Shown here piece after piece: positions 1 through 8,542 of a stretch of 64,000 nt of DNA. The stretch covers positions 2,304,001 to 2,368,000 of the forward strand of contig OZ243961.1 in assembly GCA_965214605.1 (NCBI GenBank), read 5' to 3'. Position 1 is the first letter of the stretch. The number at the start of each line of letters is the position of its first letter. Below the pieces are notes generated by a model that was not told where the DNA came from, ran no database searches, and saw only the letters and a program-made list of their open reading frames with translations. The position numbers and the translations under genes are program-made. Source of the stretch: an uncultured Candidatus Binatia bacterium. Its GTDB lineage: Bacteria; Desulfobacterota; Binatia; Bin18.

Positions 1-17
1 GATTTTACGGCATTAGC

Positions 18-3000
18 GGTCTATCCCCGCGTGTACGGGGGAACCCGGCCGCTCGGGGTCCTGAAAAAACGCAGGCAAGGTCTATCCCCGCGTGTACGGG
101 GGAACCAGTGCGGGGCTCCCCTTGGCGGTGGAGGTGACGGGTCTATCCCCGCGTGTACGGGGGAACCTCCAGGATGGGATCCGAGATAGATCTGATCTGG
201 GGTCTATCCCCGCGTGTACGGGGGAACCGGATTATGCGCTGAACACGCCAGACGCTACACCGGTCTATCCCCGCGTGTACGGGGGAACCACTCAAACATA
301 GAAGCCTTCTCATGAACATCCAGGTCTATCCCCGCGTGTACGGGGGAACCTTTGTAAAGATTTTTATGAGGGGAGAAATAAACGGTCTATCCCCGCGTGT
401 ACGGGGGAACCTTGCTGGTGTCCAGGCGAATCGGTGCGCCGTCAGGTCTATCCCCGCGTGTACGGGGGAACCCGCTTCAACCCGGACCGTAAAGGGCCGG
501 AGTTGGGTCTATCCCCGCGTGTACGGGGGAACCCAATATCGACCCCCTCGGCAGTCGTGTCAAAGGGGTCTATCCCCGCGTGTACGGGGGAACCCTGGAA
601 AGTGCAGACCAAGGCAGGAACCAGGCAGGTCTATCCCCGCGTGTACGGGGGAACCTCGTGCCTGAGATAGGCCAGGATCTCGTCCCGGGGTCTATCCCCG
701 CGTGTACGGGGGAACCGGCGGCAGTGAGTTTGACCCGCGTGAGGGGGAGGGTCTATCCCCGCGTGTACGGGGGAACCCAGATGTTATCGCCTTTTGTTCC
801 TGTTCCCACGGGTCTATCCCCGCGTGTACGGGGGAACCGCCATCGCTGCGGGGCAAAACCGGGCCTTCAGCGGTCTATCCCCGCGTGTACGGGGGAACCG
901 CAAAATGACTTTCCACCTCACGGGATGGGAGCGGTCTATCCCCGCGTGTACGGGGGAACCGCCTACAACGGCCACACGCGCACTTTTCTCACGGGTCTAT
1001 CCCCGCGTGTACGGGGGAACCGGCGGGAGTTTGCGGGTTGTTTTAGGCATCTGAGGTCTATCCCCGCGTGTACGGGGGAACCAACTGCTGCTGGTCGTGA
1101 TACCGCTCATGGCAAGGTCTATCCCCGCGTGTACGGGGGAACCATATCGGTGGAGCTCCTGGAGCTTTTCATACGAGGTCTATCCCCGCGTGTACGGGGG
1201 AACCGATCCCCCTCGATTTGGATACCGAAATATCGACGGTCTATCCCCGCGTGTACGGGGGAACCTGTGTCACCACCCCGTCTTCCGGGGTCAAAATAGG
1301 TCTATCCCCGCGTGTACGGGGGAACCGTGGACCTGCGGGTCCACAGTGCCGAGCGCGGCGGTCTATCCCCGCGTGTACGGGGGAACCGTCACGGCAGGCG
1401 GCGCGGCCTACCCGGCGCGCGGTCTATCCCCGCGTGTACGGGGGAACCCGTGACCCACTCGTCGCTGTGTCCACGGATCAAGGTCTATCCCCGCGTGTAC
1501 GGGGGAACCATGTTTTTCCGCTTTTCCCCGGACCATATTTGCGGTCTATCCCCGCGTGTACGGGGGAACCTGTTTTGTCCCGGACCATATTTGCTCACGC
1601 AGGGGTCTATCCCCGCGTGTACGGGGGAACCCTTGTGTCGCAAGAGCTTAAGCAGTCTATTGCAGGTCTATCCCCGCGTGTACGGGGGAACCGTCCATGC
1701 CGTGCAAGTAATGCGGAGTCCGTAAGGTCTATCCCCGCGTGTACGGGGGAACCCTGGTGGGTGGACGTAGGGGTCTAGCGGCCTCCGGTCTATCCCCGCG
1801 TGTACGGGGGAACCGACTGGACCCCAGAGGAGAAGGCCAAGGTCCGCGGTCTATCCCCGCGTGTACGGGGGAACCCTGGACGGCCGTGGGGCTGGACGGC
1901 CGTGGGGCGGTCTATCCCCGCGTGTACGGGGGAACCCGGGCGGGGATCGTCAGCAGGAAGCTTAGTCTGGGTCTATCCCCGCGTGTACGGGGGAACCGAG
2001 GTCGCGGTGAGCGACGTCCCCTGGAGGCGGGGTCTATCCCCGCGTGTACGGGGGAACCGAAATGACCGGGCGTTGAAGGCCCGGACGTCGGGGTCTATCC
2101 CCGCGTGTACGGGGGAACCCCTCTTTGCGCCACACGTTACTCTATAAAGGCAGGTCTATCCCCGCGTGTACGGGGGAACCGCCGGCGCGGGCGGCTATAC
2201 GCCCGAGGAGGCGGGTCTATCCCCGCGTGTACGGGGGAACCTTCGCCAGGGCTTGGTTGACGAACAGCAGCGTGGGTCTATCCCCGCGTGTACGGGGGAA
2301 CCGTCGGGCGGGACGATCCCCAACTCGCGGAGGTAGGTCTATCCCCGCGTGTACGGGGGAACCCGTCTAGCTGCGTGCGGCCGGTATAGCTCAAGCGGTC
2401 TATCCCCGCGTGTACGGGGGAACCGGCACTTAGCATAGAAAACGACACGCGTCATACATCCCCGCGTGTCATAGAAGGTAGGTCTATCCCCGCGTGTACG
2501 GGGGAACCTCTGGTGTCGATATGCGCACGATTGCGAAATCGGGTCTATCCCCGCGTGTACGGGGGAACCTATATACGCTGCTCTGTCCCCCGCGTCAACC
2601 CCGGTCTATCCCCGCGTGTACGGGGGAACCTTCGGGTTGTAGAACAACGTAGTGTAATCCTTCGGTCTATCCCCGCGTGTACGGGGGAACCCGCTACCGT
2701 CCATGCGTGTCGGCCGCTAAGGGCGGTCTATCCCCGCGTGTACGGGGGAACCTTGGGTACGACGGGGCGCGTCGCCCCGTGCGTGGGTCTATCCCCGCGT
2801 GTACGGGGGAACCCGACTGGTTCCAGCGCGTCAAAGAGCGGCCCGAGGTCTATCCCCGCGTGTACGGGGGAACCCCTGTGCAAGAAAGAATGCCAAAACG
2901 ACATCAAGGTCTATCCCCGCGTGTACGGGGGAACCCCAGACAGTGGGTCTGGACACGAGGACACATGAGGTCTATCCCCGCGTGTACGGGGGAACCAGCA

Positions 3001-3667
3001 TCGGGAGGAGCTCGAGGTCGAGCCGGTCCGGTCTATCCCCGCGTGTACGGGGGAACCGATGCGTCGCCAGGATGGTACAGGACAGAAGAAGGTCTATCCC
3101 CGCGTGTACGGGGGAACCCCCGGCTCACCCTCCCGGCTCCAGCCCGGCTCCGGTCTATCCCCGCGTGTACGGGGGAACCTTGGGTTGTATGGACACCAAG
3201 TGTCAGCAAATAGGTCTATCCCCGCGTGTACGGGGGAACCCAGGAGACTCTATATATGACTCACGCTATTCAGGGTCTATCCCCGCGTGTACGGGGGAAC
3301 CCATGGAGTACATCAAGGAGCATGCATAAAATATGGTCTATCCCCGCGTGTACGGGGGAACCCGGCACTGATCCCACAGCTCTATATAAGAGAAAGGTCT
3401 ATCCCCGCGTGTACGGGGGAACCATTTTATTTGTCTTTTTTTATTCCAAAGGGTAAGGTCTATCCCCGCGTGTACGGGGGAACCATATGAGGTACATCAC
3501 ACCACATGTATAAAGTAGGTCTATCCCCGCGTGTACGGGGGAACCCTATCACGAACTTAGTGCTTTTATTTTTAAAAAGGTCTATCCCCGCGTGTACGGG
3601 GGAACCGGCGCTCTCCAGGACCGCCCCTTTCTTGGGCGGGGTCTATCCCCGCGTGTACGGGGGAACC
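18..3667 (-). CRISPR. Type I-E CRISPR array: 60 identical 28-bp repeats (+ strand GGTCTATCCCCGCGTGTACGGGGGAACC; crRNA sense GGTTCCCCCGTACACGCGGGGATAGACC), 33-nt spacers, 61-bp period; probably truncated by the window start
   Basis: Repeats start at 18, 79, 140 ... 2397, then 2481 ... 3640. The CCCCG/CGGGG hairpin and ATAGACC 5'-handle resemble the E. coli I-E repeat on the minus strand, the same strand as the cas genes. Confidence 0.99.
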
Positions 3668-3743
3668 TCCTGATTTTATTACACTTTTTTCACCCTGTGT
3701 CTACCGTCGCGTGTGTAGAGACGCGATTTAGGTTGTCAAAGAG
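3668..3743 (-). promoter_or_regulatory. CRISPR leader between cas2 and the first repeat
   Basis: Partly AT-rich 76-bp gap. TTGACA on the minus strand at 3734-3739; no convincing -10 box. Confidence 0.65.
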
Positions 3744-4058
3744 CTAAGTATCCTGACGCGGGCAGATTCGTCTGGAGAGAATGATACCCTCCTGATCCAC
3801 CAACTCGACGGGAGGCGTGCCGAGGACGCGCACGGCTTGCCCACCTGGTTCATGCGAGTCCTGCCACGTCATGATGATAGATCCTCCCCCAAGCTCCAAG
3901 AACCATTCTGAGATCACCGTCCAGATTTGCTTTCGCACACGGGAGGAAAGCGTTGGAGAGGTGTATATTCCGGGAGCGATCTCAAGCATACACGAAGCAA
4001 GAAACCCGCGGATCCGCGGGGCAACATCACGAGTGACTACTACTGTCATCGTTGTCAA
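3744..4058 (-). CDS. cas2: Type I-E CRISPR-associated Cas2e
   Basis: MTVVVTRDVAPRIRGFLASCMLEIAPGIY is a typical Cas2e N-terminus; gene follows cas1. Confidence 0.95.
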   Translation of the reverse strand: MTTMTVVVTRDVAPRIRGFLASCMLEIAPGIYTSPTLSSRVRKQIWTVISEWFLELGGGSIIMTWQDSHEPGGQAVRVLGTPPVELVDQEGIILSRRICPRQDT

Positions 4059-4908
4059 TCAACTGAATGATCCGGTCAATCATCTTTGAGATGATTTTCG
4101 TCTGTCTGAATCGTCGCCCGGCCAGCCGTCTGACATGCCGTTCAAGCGGGATATGGCCGTTGGCATAATACTGGCTGACTGCCTCAAAAGCGACCGGGAT
4201 AGTGACTTCGGTTCGGTAGAGGTCTGCTATGTCCAGGCAAAAGGCGATGGAAGCGTCCTCGTGGATAAAGCCCAGCGGGGGCAAGGTTCCGGTTGCTGCT
4301 ACGGCGACAATGGCCGCGGCTTCCGTAGCAGTGGCCGCGTGGTTGATAGCCTGGTTGGGGTCGTCGGCTATTTCCGGGTGCTGACGGTCATAGCGCCGTC
4401 CGTGCCAGTCAATGCCATAGCGCTCAGCCAGCAGTTGGTAGGATTTCTTCATCCGCGCCCCTTCGATACCGCGCATGATGGTGATGTCCTGTTCGGGCAG
4501 GACCTCGCCTAAACGCCAGGCATACATTCGGCGTGCGATCCGTAGCCGCACCCGTCGGTCGTTCCAGAGTTTCGCCTGACGGCGTGCCCTTCGTGAGTCG
4601 TTCGGACCAAAGGGCTGGGCGCTGTACATGCGCACCCCATCTTCTCCAACGGCCACGAGGCCGGTTCCGTGTCGGGCCAGCAGCCGGAAAACGTCGTGGC
4701 TGACGGTCGAGCCAGGCCCGAGCAGGATGAATGAGATGTTCTGAAACGGGATAGCATAATTTCCAGCCTGCATGTCTGCAGATCCTGCGGTGCGAAAACA
4801 CAACGTCCCATCCTCTACAGTAAGATTTCCTCGCGACAGCCACAACAAGCCGTGGCGGTCAGCGTGGGGCACTCGGGCCGCCTCCAGCCCTAATCTGCCT
4901 TTCAGCAA
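4027..4908 (-). CDS. cas1: Type I-E CRISPR-associated integrase Cas1e
   Basis: LLGPGSTVSHD, RGIEGARMK, LGFIH and FCLDIADLY motifs. Confidence 0.97.
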   Translation of the reverse strand: MLKGRLGLEAARVPHADRHGLLWLSRGNLTVEDGTLCFRTAGSADMQAGNYAIPFQNISFILLGPGSTVSHDVFRLLARHGTGLVAVGEDGVRMYSAQPFGPNDSRRARRQAKLWNDRRVRLRIARRMYAWRLGEVLPEQDITIMRGIEGARMKKSYQLLAERYGIDWHGRRYDRQHPEIADDPNQAINHAATATEAAAIVAVAATGTLPPLGFIHEDASIAFCLDIADLYRTEVTIPVAFEAVSQYYANGHIPLERHVRRLAGRRFRQTKIISKMIDRIIQLIDNDDSSSHS

Positions 4909-4956
4909 TTTTCTCTCCTGAAGCGCGTCCTATATTGGGGCGGGATAAACGTTGCT

Positions 4957-5688
4957 CTAGTTAGCGGTAACGCCGGCGGGCCGCAGGAGCAGCATCCCAT
5001 ACCCATAGGCGCGGTGCCGTCCAATGCCTTGAGCCAGTAGATTGGCGAAGGCGTCAGCGTCGGTAATGATGAGCGTGCCCCGCATGATCGCGTCTGGCCC
5101 TTCGCTGTAGCGAGCGTGACGCTTGCGCAAGGCACGAGTACGCTGAAAGGAGTACAGGGTGGCGCTTTCCAGCTGGGCGCCGCCCCGTCGTCGGAACTGT
5201 TCCGTTAGCCAATCGGCATAGACCTCCTCACGGCTACGCGGCATTTCTCCCTTTAGATGCTGAACTGCTTCCGATAAAAAAATATCGCATTCCTTGCCCG
5301 GACGGCAAGTGGAGTTGCGGGAGAGGCGCACGATAGGACGCACGCGCGTTTCAAAGCCCAAGCGCTTTCCGACCTGCCACCTTGACGGCATCGGCTTGCT
5401 GTTGAGGCCAGCGGCGGGGATGATAAGGGCTTGTAGCGGGTCGGCGTAGACGCTTGCCGCCTCGCGCAGGGTCTCGGCGTCAGCGCATCCATAACCGTAG
5501 AGGACGCCGCGGGATTGAGCGCGGCCGATTATCAGGCGAAAGGGTTGGGGCGCTGGCTTGCCGAACATTTCCCTGAGAAGGCAGTGCATGGCGTGATCGC
5601 TATCCTGTAAGTCCTTTAAACCCGTCCAGCGTCGGAAGTTTCGCATGTCCATGTCGGCTCGTATCATGTGGAGTAATGCCGTAGTCAT
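4957..5688 (-). CDS. cas6e: Cas6e/Cse3 crRNA-processing endoribonuclease
   Basis: C-terminal G-loop GIGRHRAYGYGMLLL; N-terminal His (DHAMH). Confidence 0.95.
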   Translation of the reverse strand: MTTALLHMIRADMDMRNFRRWTGLKDLQDSDHAMHCLLREMFGKPAPQPFRLIIGRAQSRGVLYGYGCADAETLREAASVYADPLQALIIPAAGLNSKPMPSRWQVGKRLGFETRVRPIVRLSRNSTCRPGKECDIFLSEAVQHLKGEMPRSREEVYADWLTEQFRRRGGAQLESATLYSFQRTRALRKRHARYSEGPDAIMRGTLIITDADAFANLLAQGIGRHRAYGYGMLLLRPAGVTAN

Positions 5689-5697
5689 ACTATCTCC

Positions 5698-6417
5698 TTA
5701 CTTACCCCCTATCATCCCTTCGCACACCAGCCTCCCGCCGCCGTGCAGGCCAGAGAGCCAGTCGCGCCGGTCGGTAAGCATGTAGCTCCGACTGGGGACA
5801 ATCTCTGCTGTGCCTTCAGCGTCAGGCCATAGGAGTTGCCGGGAGGGTGGTTCATTCGACTCATCCGGCTCAGCGGCTAGTAGGGCGGCCAGGGCGGTCT
5901 CGCCGTCGCTGAAACCACCAAACAGGGGCGCTGACGGCAGGCACGATTTACGTCCGATGAACAGCGGACGCGCCGGCTCCTGCAGCGCCTCGGCCAAGTC
6001 ATCCAGTGTCGGCGCGTCCGTTGCCAATGCTAGGCGCATGGCAACGCTGACACGCATATCAGCGAAGTAGTCACGATAGCGCAGATGGGGCGCGTCATAG
6101 GTATTCGGACCGCCGGCTCGGCCTTCGGGCTGTCCGCGTGTAGTCCACGCCTTGTCGCCAGCCCCGAGTTGCGCCGTCTGAAAGTCGGTCAGACGTGCCC
6201 CGCCAGCCGGCTCCCGGTCAATGCGGACGGCGAAAACCAGCCGGTCTTGCAGGCGCTGATGCTGCTCCCGCTCAATGCGCCGCCAGCCTAAGGCATTAGC
6301 GAACAGACCCGTCAGCATGGACGCTGCTGGAAACCGGCGGATGACCCCATAATTATCGATTGCCTCGCCGCCAAAGGCCATGAGGGGGCTTTCCAGGTTC
6401 AGAATCAAGTGCCGCAT
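5698..6417 (-). CDS. cas5e: Cas5e/CasD
   Basis: LESPLMAFGG, FPAASMLTGLFANALG, RDYFAD and LFIGRKSC motifs; normal length, no HNH fusion. Confidence 0.95.
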   Translation of the reverse strand: MRHLILNLESPLMAFGGEAIDNYGVIRRFPAASMLTGLFANALGWRRIEREQHQRLQDRLVFAVRIDREPAGGARLTDFQTAQLGAGDKAWTTRGQPEGRAGGPNTYDAPHLRYRDYFADMRVSVAMRLALATDAPTLDDLAEALQEPARPLFIGRKSCLPSAPLFGGFSDGETALAALLAAEPDESNEPPSRQLLWPDAEGTAEIVPSRSYMLTDRRDWLSGLHGGGRLVCEGMIGGK

Positions 6418-6419
6418 GG

Positions 6420-7595
6420 TTAGCCACCGTTACGAACCGCGTCCGCGGCCCAGCTCGCGAGGTCGTCGAGGCAGACGCGCTTGGCGCCGGGGAGCTCGCA
6501 GTCCTCAACTGTCATGACACATCGGTTTTCCCGCGCTCCATATGCGGCGTCCAGCTTGCCCAGATGTGCGGACAGAGAAGCCGTTGCCGCTGCGATCTGG
6601 GCCTGAGCGGGAGTACGGAAGGCGTTAGCCAGGCTGCGCGGCTGGCGTGTGCCAGCCTCAATTAGCATCAGGTCGGCACAGCTATAGGGGGCGGTAGAGC
6701 CCAGCTTTGCCCCAGGCGACACCGTAGCAATAATATGAACCAGATGCTCAAGAACTTTGCCGGTCAACGTTTTGTCCGCATTCTCCCATTCGTTGGCGGC
6801 ACAGCCCTCCAGATTAGAAACCAACCCTGGTACGTCTACAACCACATAGCCGTAAAACAGCCCTGCGGTCAGTTCCATATCGCCGATGTGGGCCGCGCCA
6901 GGGTCTTCATCCTCGCTCTGAAGGTCGTCCACCACCGAGAAATAATCGCTTTCGCTCTCTTCCTGATGCACGGTGAAGGCATGGGCGACATGAATAGCAG
7001 CATCAATGTTCGCGCCGGGGTCAGAAGTCACCATCCGGCCAAACATCGCGCCTTCCAGTCCGCCGGGTAGGCGCGCCTGCTCTCGAAAAGCGCGGAAGTT
7101 GTTGCCCTCGCCTTGGCGCCCCTTGAAAAGCTCATCTGCTGCCTTTTTTGCCGCGTCGGCATTATTGGCATGTTCGGTGCAGATAGCCTCTGCCTTTTTC
7201 CGGAGATACTCCACTTCAGGCAGACCGAGTAGGAGGGGCTGTCGCGCGCTTTCGGACGTCCCACTAGACCCGTACACGCCGACGTTGAAAGCGTTTTCGA
7301 CTGCTTCAAGAACGTCGTCAGCGATGCCGCCGGCCGTGCGTAATGGCTGCATCACCTTTCGCTCAACGACATTCCGGGAGCGTACTGCTTCCTGCGCGCC
7401 GGCAATGTTACGGAGGGAGAATTCATCATCTGCCACCCGCCAGTGTCGCTTGAGACACTGGGACGATATGCGGGTCCGCACCGTGCCGCCAAAGGGCATC
7501 CGCTTAGCGAGGCCGCTGTCATCACGGTTCAGCAGTGCCGCTGGGTAGGAATGCAGGGTGTGGATCTGTAGAAAACGTGCTTTGGTCATTGTCAA
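6420..7595 (-). CDS. cas7e: Cas7e/Cse4/CasC backbone subunit
   Basis: LNRDDSGLAK, RISSQCLKRHWR, FGRM, AHAFTVH and DYFSVVDDL motifs. Confidence 0.97.
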   Translation of the reverse strand: MTMTKARFLQIHTLHSYPAALLNRDDSGLAKRMPFGGTVRTRISSQCLKRHWRVADDEFSLRNIAGAQEAVRSRNVVERKVMQPLRTAGGIADDVLEAVENAFNVGVYGSSGTSESARQPLLLGLPEVEYLRKKAEAICTEHANNADAAKKAADELFKGRQGEGNNFRAFREQARLPGGLEGAMFGRMVTSDPGANIDAAIHVAHAFTVHQEESESDYFSVVDDLQSEDEDPGAAHIGDMELTAGLFYGYVVVDVPGLVSNLEGCAANEWENADKTLTGKVLEHLVHIIATVSPGAKLGSTAPYSCADLMLIEAGTRQPRSLANAFRTPAQAQIAAATASLSAHLGKLDAAYGARENRCVMTVEDCELPGAKRVCLDDLASWAADAVRNGG

Positions 7596-7616
7596 TCTCC
7601 TTGTGCTGGTAGTGCG

Positions 7617-8540
7617 CTAGTTTGTTGATGGTTGGGAGCTGAGCCGTTCTGCCTGATAGTAGGCGCGGGCGATACGGCGGCGTGCTTCTTCAGCCTGTTC
7701 TTCGTTGTACCCATCGTTCAGAATGAAGTATGCCATTTCATGCCAGTCGAAGACTTGGTTGGCGGAGGCCAACATTCGGAACAGCCGTGCCAGCAGTACA
7801 TACAGCATCGGTCCCCGAGCCGTTAGCAGTCGGTTCAGGCGTGTCTCGCTGTAGAAGGCGGTTGTCCGCTTGGTTTCACCGCCGAGGAACAGCGCTCTCC
7901 CAATCCTGGTTTTATTATGAGCGGAGCGTCTGTCCGCGGTGCCGGTCATCAGCGCGATACCGTGCATGATGAGCGCCCATTTGCGGTCGAAGGTACGATT
8001 GTCATAGCGTGGCAGCAGCCGCCAGAAGGCTGTTGCATCGGGGGTGTCCGGGGCCATCCGTCGTAATTCAGCTAGCTCCCTGCTGGACAAGTCACCGATA
8101 TCCCGGACAAGTTCGCATACAATAGCCGTAAGGGTAGGTCGAGGAGGCAGCCAGGGAGTGCTACGGACGACCTTGGACGACGGCTCGATAATCTGTCCGG
8201 TCTTATCTGGAGGACCGTCCCTTAAGATCTTCTCAATAGAGTTCCAATCTTTAGGACGCCAAACAAAGGTGGGGACTTGATGGGCAAAATCCTCCAGAAA
8301 CTCTTTCTGCTCATTAGACAGGCCGCCGTCGTCTGTTTTGAGTTCCGCAGCGATCATTGTACGGCGTCCATTTTTGTCCCTGTAGCGCAAGATCAAATCT
8401 GGGAACCCGCGTGGAATTGGTGCTTCCTTATAAGCATAAGCGCGGTCGGGAATATGGAATGGAGACCAGCCGTGGGATTTCGCTTCGGCTTCCACGGCTC
8501 GCTGGAACTCCCATTCATTCTTGAACGTAATCTCTGACAT
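7617..8540 (-). CDS. cse2: Cse2/Cas11 with an N-terminal VRR-NUC-like (PD-(D/E)XK) nuclease domain
   Basis: Occupies the cse2 slot. The C-terminal ~170 aa have Cse2 motifs (LAELRR, FWRLL, SETRLNRLL, FDW, RRRIARAYY). The N-terminal ~110 aa have EWEFQ..V, GW..FH, GFPDL, AELK...G.LS..Q and VWRP.DW. GAGGAGG RBS upstream. Confidence 0.9.
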   Translation of the reverse strand: MSEITFKNEWEFQRAVEAEAKSHGWSPFHIPDRAYAYKEAPIPRGFPDLILRYRDKNGRRTMIAAELKTDDGGLSNEQKEFLEDFAHQVPTFVWRPKDWNSIEKILRDGPPDKTGQIIEPSSKVVRSTPWLPPRPTLTAIVCELVRDIGDLSSRELAELRRMAPDTPDATAFWRLLPRYDNRTFDRKWALIMHGIALMTGTADRRSAHNKTRIGRALFLGGETKRTTAFYSETRLNRLLTARGPMLYVLLARLFRMLASANQVFDWHEMAYFILNDGYNEEQAEEARRRIARAYYQAERLSSQPSTN

Positions 8541-8542
8541 AA

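Noticed and set aside
92-3490. Many + strand ORFs with VYPRVYGGT / GLSPRVRGN / SIPACTGEP repeats
   Set aside because: They are translations of the CRISPR repeat in three frames, not proteins.
46-3639. Self-targeting spacers within the window
   Set aside because: None was spotted by eye, but the check was not exhaustive; it needs a BLAST.
3698-3725. Weak repeat-like sequence in the leader (TGTCTACCGTCGCGTGTG...) that might imply a degenerate terminal repeat and a + strand array
   Set aside because: Only about 16/28 identical, off the 61-bp phase and without the CCCCG/CGGGG stem. The handle motif and cas orientation support minus-strand transcription.
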